This document shows positions 7,680 through 15,911 of a stretch of 20,000 nucleotides of DNA, piece by piece. The DNA is taken from IMG/VR virus record IMGVR_UViG_3300029448_000012. One strand, 5' to 3'. Every line of letters starts with the position of its first letter. Position 1 is the first letter of the stretch. This DNA is from an uncultured virus (IMG/VR IMGVR_UViG_3300029448_000012). Lineage: Duplodnaviria; Heunggongvirae; Uroviricota; Caudoviricetes. The notes beneath the pieces are model-generated. The model saw only the letters and a program-made list of their open reading frames with translations. It ran no database searches and had not been told where the DNA came from. The translations under genes and the position numbers were made by a program.

Positions 7680-8357
7680 ATGAGCTCATCACGTGCTAAA
7701 ATAGAAGATCTTTGTGAATTTGATCCGATCACTGCAAACCAGGAGAAAACATTTAAACTCTGGGATGAAGGTGAGAATCTTGTACTCATGGGATCAGCCG
7801 GCACTGGTAAGACTTTTATAGCAATGTACCTTGCATTAGAATCTATACTGGCTAAAGAAACAAGTTATGACAAAATTATATTAATTCGTTCAGTAGTGCC
7901 AGTGCGTGAAGTTGGTTATCTTCCAGGTAAATTAGAAGAAAAAACGTCTGCCTTTGAAGCACCTTACAAATCAATCTCGGAAGAGTTGTTTGAAGATAAG
8001 ACAGCGTATAATAAACTGGTGTCATCACATCAGTTACAGTTTGAGACTACATCGTTTATTCGTGGTAAAACATTTGACCGTGCAATTATTATTGTAGATG
8101 AGATGCAGAACTTAAACTTCCATGAACTTGATTCTGTTATGACTCGAGTTGGTGAGAATTGTCGTATTATTTTTGCTGGTGACTATCTACAGTCAGATTT
8201 TAAATATGACGGAGAGCGCGATGGTTTAATGAAGTTCCTCAACATTATTGAGAGAATGAAACATTTTTCTATCGTACAATTTGGATGGGACGACATTGTT
8301 CGTTCTGGTATTGTTCGTGATTACATCATGACAAAAGAAATGATTGGATTGAAATAA
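7680..8357 (+). CDS. phoH: PhoH-family ATPase
   Basis: Walker A GSAGTGKT, GYLPG..EEK, FIRGKTF, IIVDEMQN, TRVG, GD..QSD, DIVRSG.V. Confidence 0.95.
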   Translation: MSSSRAKIEDLCEFDPITANQEKTFKLWDEGENLVLMGSAGTGKTFIAMYLALESILAKETSYDKIILIRSVVPVREVGYLPGKLEEKTSAFEAPYKSISEELFEDKTAYNKLVSSHQLQFETTSFIRGKTFDRAIIIVDEMQNLNFHELDSVMTRVGENCRIIFAGDYLQSDFKYDGERDGLMKFLNIIERMKHFSIVQFGWDDIVRSGIVRDYIMTKEMIGLK

Positions 8358-8358
8358 A

Positions 8359-8697
8359 ATGAAACTTTTACTAACGGCATTAGTCGCAACTGTGCTTTAT
8401 GCATGTCAACCGGTACACGCACAAATATTGTACCAAAAACCTGTCATTTGTGGATCCATGAAAGCACTTATTCCTGAATGGGAAAAAGATGGTATGTACC
8501 CACTAACAGGTCTTTTAGGTGGATCACCTACAAAAGAACTGGGTAAATATAAAGATTCTTACTCGGTACTTCTTGTAAACCCTGAAGGAAAATGGGCATT
8601 TTTTGAGTATAATGGAGGAAAATCTTGTTTACTTTCCGGTGGATTTATGGTACAATATAATTCTAATGAAATAAAAGAATTTATGGGTTGGGAATGA
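8359..8697 (+). CDS. Hypothetical protein with N-terminal signal peptide
   Basis: MKLLLTALVATVLYACQPVHA: possible SPI (VHA) or lipoprotein (LYAC) signal; two further Cys in the mature part. Confidence 0.7.
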   Translation: MKLLLTALVATVLYACQPVHAQILYQKPVICGSMKALIPEWEKDGMYPLTGLLGGSPTKELGKYKDSYSVLLVNPEGKWAFFEYNGGKSCLLSGGFMVQYNSNEIKEFMGWE

Positions 8698-8698
8698 A

Positions 8699-9373
8699 AT
8701 GGAGTTTATTCATGAGAAAATTGATCTTGGATACGAAAGCTTGGATCGTGTTGAACATTCAGATGGTCGGCGCTATCTCACTAGCAGTGGTAATGCTTAC
8801 CCTTCTGTTACTACAGTCTTAGGTGTTTTAAGTAGAGAATCGATTGCTCAATGGCGAGCTAAAGTTGGTGAAGAAGAAGCCGACAAGGTTAGTCGTCGAG
8901 CAACTACACGCGGTACAGCGGTTCATTCTATTATTGAAAAATATATGAACAATGAACCTGACTATGCCGAAGGTTTTCTACCACATGTTGTACAATCATT
9001 AGAAAATCTCAAACCACTCTTACATAAGCATATTACTAAAGTCTATGGTCAAGAAGTTCCACTTTATTCAGACCATTTGAAACTTGCTGGTACATGTGAT
9101 GCTATTGTAGAATGGGATGGTGTACCTACAATTGTTGATTGGAAAACATCACGTCGTCCAAAGAAAAAAGCTAATATCGGTAGTTACTTTATGCAGTTAG
9201 CAGCATATGCTGTCATGTGGGAAGAACGTACTGGTATGGCAGTCAATCAAACACGTATTGTAATGGACGTAGATGACTTCCATCCGGTCATGTACAAAGA
9301 AACACGTGATGCTTGGATTGATAAAATGATCGAAGTGCGTGATCAGTATAATAGAGAAAAACTATTTCATTAA
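8699..9373 (+). CDS. PD-(D/E)XK exonuclease (T4-like marine phage exonuclease)
   Basis: YPSVTTVL, RGTAVH..IE, E..LYS, AGTCD, IVDWKTS, YFMQLAAYA motifs; follows phoH. Confidence 0.85.
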   Translation: MEFIHEKIDLGYESLDRVEHSDGRRYLTSSGNAYPSVTTVLGVLSRESIAQWRAKVGEEEADKVSRRATTRGTAVHSIIEKYMNNEPDYAEGFLPHVVQSLENLKPLLHKHITKVYGQEVPLYSDHLKLAGTCDAIVEWDGVPTIVDWKTSRRPKKKANIGSYFMQLAAYAVMWEERTGMAVNQTRIVMDVDDFHPVMYKETRDAWIDKMIEVRDQYNREKLFH

Positions 9374-9411
9374 AAAAACGTAAGTGATTGTTTTTAAATA
9401 AAATAAAAATG

Positions 9412-9464
9412 CACTTTTTTGTTTACTTTTCTTCTTAATTGATTTATAATTAATCTATAAAATG
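9412..9464 (+). repeat. Early-promoter cassette copy 1 (direct repeat with 9695-9747)
   Basis: 51/53 nt identical to 9695-9747. Contains GTTTAC 9421-9426, 17-nt spacer after TTTACT, TATAAT 9445-9450; followed by GAGGAG RBS. Confidence 0.9.
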
Positions 9465-9476
9465 AGGAGAAACTAA

Positions 9477-9689
9477 ATGTTAAATTATAATCTAAACAAC
9501 CCAACACCATTCATCAAAAAATATATTTCTAAAAACAATCATATTATTAACAAATTCGCAGATTTACTATTTTCGGATCCAAACACTACATCATCATCAC
9601 CATTTAATTCACTACCACCATTAACTCAAAAACTCATCTTCGAACTATCATTATACAAAGTGGAAAACGGCCGTGATTTTTATTTATAA
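9477..9689 (+). CDS. 70-aa early hypothetical protein, extremely G-poor coding sequence
   Basis: Has its own strong promoter and GAGGAG RBS; the minus-strand frames checked hit early stops. Confidence 0.7.
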   Translation: MLNYNLNNPTPFIKKYISKNNHIINKFADLLFSDPNTTSSSPFNSLPPLTQKLIFELSLYKVENGRDFYL

Positions 9690-9703
9690 AATCACACTTT
9701 TTT
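9673..9703 (+). terminator. Possible weak terminator/stem-loop upstream of the second early promoter
   Basis: GTGATTTT (9673-9680) / AAAATCAC (9688-9695) inverted repeat followed by ACTTTTTT; the stem is AT-rich. Confidence 0.4.
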
Positions 9704-9747
9704 GTTTACTTTTCTTTTAAATTGATTTATAATTAATCTATAAAATG
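9695..9747 (+). repeat. Early-promoter cassette copy 2
   Basis: 51/53 nt identical to 9412-9464; GTTTAC 9704-9709, TATAAT 9728-9733; followed by GAAATG then AGGAGAA. Confidence 0.9.
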
Positions 9748-9765
9748 GAAATGAGGAGAACAGAT

Positions 9766-10077
9766 ATGACTTATGTAATGCAACAAGACCTTCGCGACTA
9801 CATCAACGCTCAGCGTGCAGAGGCTGAAGAGTTTTCTAAGCAGCCTGGCTGCTGGATGGGCAAGATGGTCAATCCAGATGATACTGAGTATTGGTCGGAG
9901 CGTGCTCCATGTGGTACCCTAAAGGGGTTCCAGCGCATCGAGCTTATCGAAGATGCGTACTACATTACGGCAGATCGGACAAGCAAGTCCTATGCCCGTT
10001 CGTTGGACTTTGCTAATTGGTCCGACAAAAATCTTGAGCGCCATATCGAGCGCATGTGTGAAAGGGAGTCAGCATAA
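9766..10077 (+). CDS. Early hypothetical protein
   Basis: ATG 9766 follows GAGGAG (9753-9758), so it is preferred to 9745; TAATG overlap with the next gene. Confidence 0.75.
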   Translation: MTYVMQQDLRDYINAQRAEAEEFSKQPGCWMGKMVNPDDTEYWSERAPCGTLKGFQRIELIEDAYYITADRTSKSYARSLDFANWSDKNLERHIERMCERESA

Positions 10078-10619
10078 TGACAATTTATCTTGATATGGAC
10101 GGCGTATTGGCCGATTTCTTTGGTGGAGTTGAAAAACTTTACAATGTTGATCACTGGAAATCAATTCAACATCGTGATGGAATCTTTGTAGAGCTTCGTA
10201 ATACAGACTTCTTTTATACGCTTCCAATCTTTAGAGAAGATCGTGGACCTCGTCGAGCAGGTGCTAGTATCTCTTGTGAAATCGTTCGATTTGTAAAACA
10301 AATTTCTAATGGTGACTGGGGCATTTGCTCTTCTCCACTTCGTGGTGATGAACACAACTCAGCTTACTGGAAACGTCGCTGGTTGGAAGATAAAAACTAT
10401 ATGCCAGAAGTCGAAAAGTGTATCTTTACTTCTAACAAACACAAGTATGCTCTGAATGACATTACTCGTAAACCAAATATTCTCATCGATGATAAACCAG
10501 AAAATATTGCTCGATGGAATAAAGCTGGTGGTATCGGTATTCGCTACCAAACAAATGAAGATGATCTTAGAGAATACCTGTTTGTGAAACTAGAAGAGGC
10601 ATATAGTGGAATATACTGA
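10077..10619 (+). CDS. HAD-family 5'(3')-deoxyribonucleotidase
   Basis: IYLDMDGVLADF (motif I), ICSSP, K..W, K.KYA, NILIDDKPENI..W..AGG.GI. Confidence 0.88.
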   Translation: MTIYLDMDGVLADFFGGVEKLYNVDHWKSIQHRDGIFVELRNTDFFYTLPIFREDRGPRRAGASISCEIVRFVKQISNGDWGICSSPLRGDEHNSAYWKRRWLEDKNYMPEVEKCIFTSNKHKYALNDITRKPNILIDDKPENIARWNKAGGIGIRYQTNEDDLREYLFVKLEEAYSGIY

Positions 10620-11277
10620 AAAATATTATGGAAAAAAATTGTATTATATTCCTGAAACTTACGATCTTAATATTATTAAAGAGCAGAAAGGATACGACAC
10701 GTTATTTCAAAATGCTACTGATAAAACTTTTTTTGATGTTGGTGGCAATAAAGGATATACATGTGCATATGCTTTATCTAAAGGAGTAAAGAAAATTATA
10801 TCCTTTGAACCAGAACCTTTAAATATCGAATATCATAAAAAGAATACAATCGATGGAGATGTTACTTTATATGAGGGTATGGCATCGACAACTGATGGAG
10901 AATCTACACTGTACGTGAATTGGGGAAAAAATCATGGATTACATTCTCCTGTAAAACGTAAAGGTAGAAAAGAAATCAAAGTTAAAACATTCGACTTTTG
11001 GAGAATATTAGAAGAGACTCAACCAGAATTATTAAAAATAGATATAGAAGGTGGAGAATATTCTTTAGGTCTAGAAACGCGAATGTTACCAGACTCAATT
11101 GAAAGAATAGCCATTGAAATAGATTGGAAAGGCTGGGGAAATATGAAAGACAAAAAAGGTGGCAGGCCTTACGCTCTTTACAAATCTATTAAAGAACAGT
11201 TTCCAGTTGTATTACATGATACTACAAGAGATTGGACTCAATTTAATTGGTCAATGGTTTATATTGGAGGAAGATAA
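10606..11277 (+). CDS. FkbM-family SAM-dependent methyltransferase
   Basis: FFDVGGNKG, ISFEPEP, LLKIDIEGGEY; GTG start with GAGG RBS. Confidence 0.8.
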   Translation: MEYTEKYYGKKLYYIPETYDLNIIKEQKGYDTLFQNATDKTFFDVGGNKGYTCAYALSKGVKKIISFEPEPLNIEYHKKNTIDGDVTLYEGMASTTDGESTLYVNWGKNHGLHSPVKRKGRKEIKVKTFDFWRILEETQPELLKIDIEGGEYSLGLETRMLPDSIERIAIEIDWKGWGNMKDKKGGRPYALYKSIKEQFPVVLHDTTRDWTQFNWSMVYIGGR

Positions 11278-11522
11278 TGCAAATTAGTGAACTCTTAAGA
11301 CTTCGATTTGATTTTGAACAGCTTACTTGTGGCTTCAATATGCCTGAAGGAAGCGATATAAATACACTCGAGTGGTTTGTAGAGAATGGCCATAGGTCAA
11401 ACTCACTTCGTAATGGTTTTGATGATGCTAAACAAATTGCAATCACAATCCTTACGGAGCATAGCAAATGGCAGAAGAAACAAAAACGATCGATGCCTCG
11501 GCAATTCCTGGCGCAGACGTAA
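11277..11522 (+). CDS. Hypothetical phage protein
   Basis: ATG 11277 overlaps the upstream TAA and follows GGAGG; WF..NG.RSN.LR motif. Confidence 0.7.
   Translation: MQISELLRLRFDFEQLTCGFNMPEGSDINTLEWFVENGHRSNSLRNGFDDAKQIAITILTEHSKWQKKQKRSMPRQFLAQT
11357..11364 (+). promoter_or_regulatory. T4-type late promoter TATAAATA
   Basis: Exact consensus inside the 11277 gene, about 100 nt before ATG 11468 and upstream of the glycosyltransferase island. Confidence 0.55.
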
Positions 11523-11800
11523 ATGGTGACGGACACATCTCTTCCGAAGAGATGGCGATGCACCTTGAGTTTAAAAGAAAAGCATTGGAAGATCAAGACG
11601 CACAACGTGATGCTATTCGTAAAATGGCATGGTTTTCACTGATTGGTTTACTTGTTTATCCAATCGGTATTGCTGTCACTTCTGCGTTTGGTATGGAAAA
11701 AGCAGCAGATCTTATTGCCGATATTGCACCAACGTACTTTGCGTCTATTGCAGTATTAGTTTCGGCGTTCTTTGGAGCAGATGCACTAAAGAAAAAATAG
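11468..11800 (+). CDS. EF-hand-loop-containing membrane protein (2 TM)
   Basis: DVNGDGHISSEE fits the 12-residue EF-hand loop; TMs AWFSLIGLLVYPIGIAVTSAF and YFASIAVLVSAFFGA; basic C-terminus; GGAG RBS. Confidence 0.75.
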   Translation: MAEETKTIDASAIPGADVNGDGHISSEEMAMHLEFKRKALEDQDAQRDAIRKMAWFSLIGLLVYPIGIAVTSAFGMEKAADLIADIAPTYFASIAVLVSAFFGADALKKK

Positions 11801-11816
11801 TGATATATAATTTGTT

Positions 11817-12599
11817 ATGAAAAATTTGATATTTCAATACTATATTCCTTATGAATCTTTTGACGCCGATATGGGTGGCGTTGAAATGCCAGATTGGGCA
11901 AAGGCTGGATCTGCAAATGCGCAAAAGTACGCTGAGCACTGTGGTGCTGAATATGTACTAAGCCATGATCGTTTTTTTCCAAAACTAGATCCACGCCTTG
12001 ATTCTTTGCAAATATTTTATGATCCAAAATTTCAAAAGTATGATAATATTTTGACACTTGATCTGGATATGTTGGTGTGTACTGATACTAATATTTTTGA
12101 TGAAATTGAAAACGCTGATGTTGCTATGGTTCATGAGCTTGGTGTACATACCGGTGGTCCTGCAACTTGGCTTAAACGTGTAATGGATGTACCAATCTAT
12201 CAACGTGGTATTATTGCATACGGTAAACATCTTTTCGGTCCTGAGTGGATGTTCCCGCCTTCAAAAAAATATCCAAAGGAAAGATTCCGTTACTTAAACG
12301 GAGGTTTGCAGTTGTGGTCAAAAGCTGGTAGAGCTAAAGCGCGTGAAGATTTTACTTCTGTGCATGATTACGTAATGCATACTCGATACACAGAACAAAT
12401 GTACATTAATTTGCAGTTAAGTCAGGCAAACTTTATTGTGAAAGAGTTAGATACATATTGGAATAGAATGCCATATCAATGGGCAAATGGAAATCCTGAT
12501 GGCATGATTAATCATTTTCTTGCTCGAACAAAATTTAATATGCCTAGACTATGGGAGAAAAAAGATGCCTCGTTATTTAGAAATTGCAGCTGGATTTAA
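11817..12599 (+). CDS. GT-A fold glycosyltransferase (GT8/GT34-like), paralog 1
   Basis: YA...GAEY, YDNILTLDLDML (DxD), YLNGG, TEQ, WN, HF motifs. Confidence 0.75.
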   Translation: MKNLIFQYYIPYESFDADMGGVEMPDWAKAGSANAQKYAEHCGAEYVLSHDRFFPKLDPRLDSLQIFYDPKFQKYDNILTLDLDMLVCTDTNIFDEIENADVAMVHELGVHTGGPATWLKRVMDVPIYQRGIIAYGKHLFGPEWMFPPSKKYPKERFRYLNGGLQLWSKAGRAKAREDFTSVHDYVMHTRYTEQMYINLQLSQANFIVKELDTYWNRMPYQWANGNPDGMINHFLARTKFNMPRLWEKKDASLFRNCSWI

Positions 12600-13179
12600 A
12601 AGAAGTCTTAACTGGGACGCTGTACGAGATGTGCCAGATCCTGAAAAGGGCGTAGAAAAATATGATATGCGAGATCTTCCTATGAAGGGTGTCGCAGATA
12701 ATACATATGATGGTGTTTATTCTGAACACTTTATTGAACACCTTACTCGATCAGAAGGTGTTGATTTTCTTATGGAGATGAAAAGAGTACTTAAACCCGG
12801 TGGTACTATTCGTACCATCTGGCCTCCACGTGAGTTTGTTGATAAGTTATTGTCAGATGAACCATTAACCGTAGATGAAGAATATTTCTGTGCAGCCTAT
12901 CATAAATTTTATGTAGTGCGACATAACTTTGCTCCACCCGGATACGAAAATGAACCGATTCGTATACAATGTGCTCAAGGTCTTCTATGGCAAAATGGTG
13001 AACATTTGTATGTATGGAGTAAAGAAGAACTCATGCAGTGTTTTAAAGATCTTGGTTTTATTATGACAAGATCACACAATTATCAACAAAGTCGTGTAGT
13101 AGACTTTCAAAACATGGACACAGACAGTAAGATTCGTATGTTGCACTCTGCAGTGGTGGAAGCACAAAAGCCATGGTGA
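12565..13179 (+). CDS. Class I SAM-dependent methyltransferase (Methyltransf_11-like)
   Basis: LEIAAG, DMR.LP, YDGVYSEHFIEHL, E..RVLKPGG; ATG 12565 follows GGGAG. Confidence 0.8.
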   Translation: MPRYLEIAAGFKRSLNWDAVRDVPDPEKGVEKYDMRDLPMKGVADNTYDGVYSEHFIEHLTRSEGVDFLMEMKRVLKPGGTIRTIWPPREFVDKLLSDEPLTVDEEYFCAAYHKFYVVRHNFAPPGYENEPIRIQCAQGLLWQNGEHLYVWSKEELMQCFKDLGFIMTRSHNYQQSRVVDFQNMDTDSKIRMLHSAVVEAQKPW

Positions 13180-13475
13180 TCATTACAACTTTTGAAGGCG
13201 ATCAGAAAAGTTTCCACCACTATTGGTGTCCTCTTATGTACAAACATCAAGAGTGCGAGTTTCATGTAAGCGGAAAGTTTATCTATCCAAAAGATCTTAA
13301 GAATCTTAAAGTAAATGAGACAAAAGTAAAAGAAGGTCCTATATTAAAGTGTAATATCAATCACTTACCAACATATCGTGCTATGATTGAGTTGCAAAAG
13401 AAACCAAAAAGCTGGATAGGTAATACTGCTGATCTTGGAGACTGGTTTTATATTTTGCCAATGGAGACACAATGA
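13173..13475 (+). CDS. Hypothetical protein in glycosylation island
   Basis: ORF overlaps both neighbours (7 nt and ATGA); no motif recognised. Confidence 0.65.
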   Translation: MVIITTFEGDQKSFHHYWCPLMYKHQECEFHVSGKFIYPKDLKNLKVNETKVKEGPILKCNINHLPTYRAMIELQKKPKSWIGNTADLGDWFYILPMETQ

Positions 13476-14287
13476 GAAATTTAATTTATCAAGTATGGGC
13501 TGGTGAACTACGACCGGGTTGCAGATACAGCTCTCGGTTAATGAAAGACTACGCCGCTCGAATAGGTGCAGATTATCGATTAGATGTAGATCCAAATATT
13601 GCATCGAAAACTGTTGATGCAAATGGTATGTATTGGGAATGGTTAAACCCAATGCTAGATGATTCATTCTTAAAATACGACAAGGTATGTATAGTTGACC
13701 TTGACGTATTTCCGGTTGATGGTTTAAAAGAAAATATTTTTGAAGAAGAAGTCTATTTGTTTGGCGTGTGCACTGAACCATTTCAAGGTAAGTACAGATC
13801 AACAACAGTAGTCGGCGGATCTATTTGTAGTGGCAATGACGAGAGATGGGCAAAAATCTGCAAAGAGTTATACGGTGTAACGATGCCAAGAGATAAAGAT
13901 GGTTTCCTCAAAGTATATAATGCCGGCATGGTAGTGTTAACACAAAAAGGTATGAAACTCATGCGTGAAAAGTGGGTATCTTTTCAAGAATACACAGATG
14001 CTATAAGACCACATGGGCTTGGCCGGTTTTATACAGTGGATCAAAACTACTTTCATGCCATGATCGTAGCAGGTGGTCGCTATACTGAAATGCACAATGG
14101 TTGGAATAGCTATGTGCATTACACACGTGGTCCTCTTGGTCTTGTTGATCCTATTCATGATAGTCGAACGGATGAAACTAAGTTTGTACATATTCAGTTA
14201 AGTGGTGCTGATTATTTTGATGACGAAAAGCTATACAATATCACTAATAAGTCTAGAGCATTTTGGAAGTTAAGAGATGCGTCGTAA
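13472..14287 (+). CDS. GT-A fold glycosyltransferase (GT8/GT34-like), paralog 2
   Basis: YA..IGADY, YDKVCIVDLDVF, YNAGMVV, VDQ, WN, FVHI; GGAG RBS. Confidence 0.78.
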   Translation: MRNLIYQVWAGELRPGCRYSSRLMKDYAARIGADYRLDVDPNIASKTVDANGMYWEWLNPMLDDSFLKYDKVCIVDLDVFPVDGLKENIFEEEVYLFGVCTEPFQGKYRSTTVVGGSICSGNDERWAKICKELYGVTMPRDKDGFLKVYNAGMVVLTQKGMKLMREKWVSFQEYTDAIRPHGLGRFYTVDQNYFHAMIVAGGRYTEMHNGWNSYVHYTRGPLGLVDPIHDSRTDETKFVHIQLSGADYFDDEKLYNITNKSRAFWKLRDAS

Positions 14288-14477
14288 AAAGCCCATCGAA
14301 GTAAATGACTATATAAAGGTAAGAATAAGTCAATTATTCGATGAATCAAATAAGTGTCACGACTCTCGAGATGCCATGTGGTATAATAGAATAGCACAAG
14401 AGCTAGACTGGGTATTGAAGGTTGTAGAAGGAAAACAAAATGTGCGCGACAATAAAAAAATTCATAGAAAAAAATAA
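14277..14477 (+). CDS. Hypothetical protein (66 aa)
   Basis: ORF overlaps both neighbours; WYNRIAQEL.WV motif. Confidence 0.65.
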   Translation: MRRKKPIEVNDYIKVRISQLFDESNKCHDSRDAMWYNRIAQELDWVLKVVEGKQNVRDNKKIHRKK

Positions 14478-14679
14478 AGGATCTTTATTACGTACGCTTG
14501 TCTTTACTCTTGGCCACTTTGTTATTGCAGCAACAATATTAAAGATACTTGATCCTGGCATAGCCATGTGGGTGGCAGTAACAGACGCCATTATTGAACC
14601 TTTAATTAATTCTGTATGGTACTATATGTTAGATAGAGTTTGGATTACTAAAGCGATTAGCGAGGAAAAAAATGATTAA
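14440..14679 (+). CDS. Small membrane protein (DUF2061-like)
   Basis: RTLVFTLGHFVIA...AIIEPLINSVWYYMLDRVW; two hydrophobic segments. Confidence 0.7.
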   Translation: MCATIKKFIEKNKGSLLRTLVFTLGHFVIAATILKILDPGIAMWVAVTDAIIEPLINSVWYYMLDRVWITKAISEEKND

Positions 14680-15244
14680 CTCTGAACTTGGACATGTAAC
14701 TACACTTGAAGAATTTTATGCTTCGATACGTGAACAACAGGAAGCGGCACATGGTGAATACTATTGCAGTATGCATGACACTATCAACCAACTAGCAAAA
14801 GACTGTAATTCATATAAAGAACTTGGTGTACATCAGGGTGGCACACTTGCAAATGCACTTTTACAACCTACACTGAAATACGTAGAAGGTATCGATACTG
14901 ACATGCATCGGTACAAAAAGTTTCTTCAACCAATTGCTGAACAATACGCTCAAGACAATAAAAAGATTCTTAAGTTAAAAGAAGTTGATTCTACGAGCAT
15001 TGATTCACTAGGATATGGTACCGATATTCTCGTGATTGATTCGTATCATAAGGCCTTTCATATGGAAAAAGAACTTGAACGGCATGGACCGTATACAAAA
15101 AAATATATCGTAGCTCATGATACACAAAAACCAGACGATCAATTGTACTGGTGTCTTGCTAACTGGGGATCGGATAATGGTTGGTCTGTCATGACACGCA
15201 ATCAAGAAAACGTTGGATACACTGTGATTAAAAAGAATGACTAA
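14672..15244 (+). CDS. Class I SAM-dependent methyltransferase (Methyltransf_24-like)
   Basis: YKELGVHQGGT, GID, DS, DILVIDSYH, IVAHDT motifs; GAGGA RBS. Confidence 0.75.
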   Translation: MINSELGHVTTLEEFYASIREQQEAAHGEYYCSMHDTINQLAKDCNSYKELGVHQGGTLANALLQPTLKYVEGIDTDMHRYKKFLQPIAEQYAQDNKKILKLKEVDSTSIDSLGYGTDILVIDSYHKAFHMEKELERHGPYTKKYIVAHDTQKPDDQLYWCLANWGSDNGWSVMTRNQENVGYTVIKKND

Positions 15245-15911
15245 TATTATTTTACAACATTTTGACGGTGAGTTAAGAGAACTTGATAAGCTGTCTATGC
15301 ATAATATTCAAGAATACGCAGACGAGATGAAGGCAGAATATCGACTTATTACTGGTAAACCTTTTCGTCCACATCTGACATCTCCTTGTCAAAAGGTATA
15401 CATGCTTGACGAAGAGTTTGATAACTACGATCAGGTTCTTATGCTTGATATCGATATGTTTGCACCAATTGGAATGGATGAAAATGTTTTTGATCTGCAA
15501 GGTATTGGTCTTTATGCAGATACACAACAGATGTTACACCGAAAGATCGCAAACCACAATCCAATGTTTGCTAGTTTAAAAGCTCCATATTGGGGTGGTG
15601 CAATTTATAAGATGGATAGACCACTGAGACAAAAGCTTAGACGTCAACTCGGTGGAGACGAGTCTTGGATGAATCCTTATAATAAGCTATATCAATTTGA
15701 AGACGAAGGGATTATGCATACCTGTGCGATGTTGTCAGGAATGAAACACACGAAGGACATGTATCTTGATCGTAAATGGTGTCAGTGTTCTTTTCTACCC
15801 AATCCACAAGATGCCGGATTTATACATATTCGTACGAAGATTACACCAAGTGGTCCAAAACGTGAAAAAATTGAAAACTATCAAGAACTCGTCGACAAAG
15901 GAATCTTATGA
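15237..15911 (+). CDS. GT-A fold glycosyltransferase, paralog 3
   Basis: YA....AEY, FDNYDQVLMLDIDMF, WGGA, EDE, FIHI; co-linear with the 11817 and 13472 proteins. Confidence 0.72.
   Translation: MTNIILQHFDGELRELDKLSMHNIQEYADEMKAEYRLITGKPFRPHLTSPCQKVYMLDEEFDNYDQVLMLDIDMFAPIGMDENVFDLQGIGLYADTQQMLHRKIANHNPMFASLKAPYWGGAIYKMDRPLRQKLRRQLGGDESWMNPYNKLYQFEDEGIMHTCAMLSGMKHTKDMYLDRKWCQCSFLPNPQDAGFIHIRTKITPSGPKREKIENYQELVDKGIL

Noticed and set aside
9382..9760. CRISPR array or IS ends (repeats next to a Cas4-like nuclease)
   Set aside because: Only two copies 283 nt apart, each explained as a promoter plus RBS. The nuclease is the usual phoH-linked phage exonuclease; no cas or transposase genes are present.
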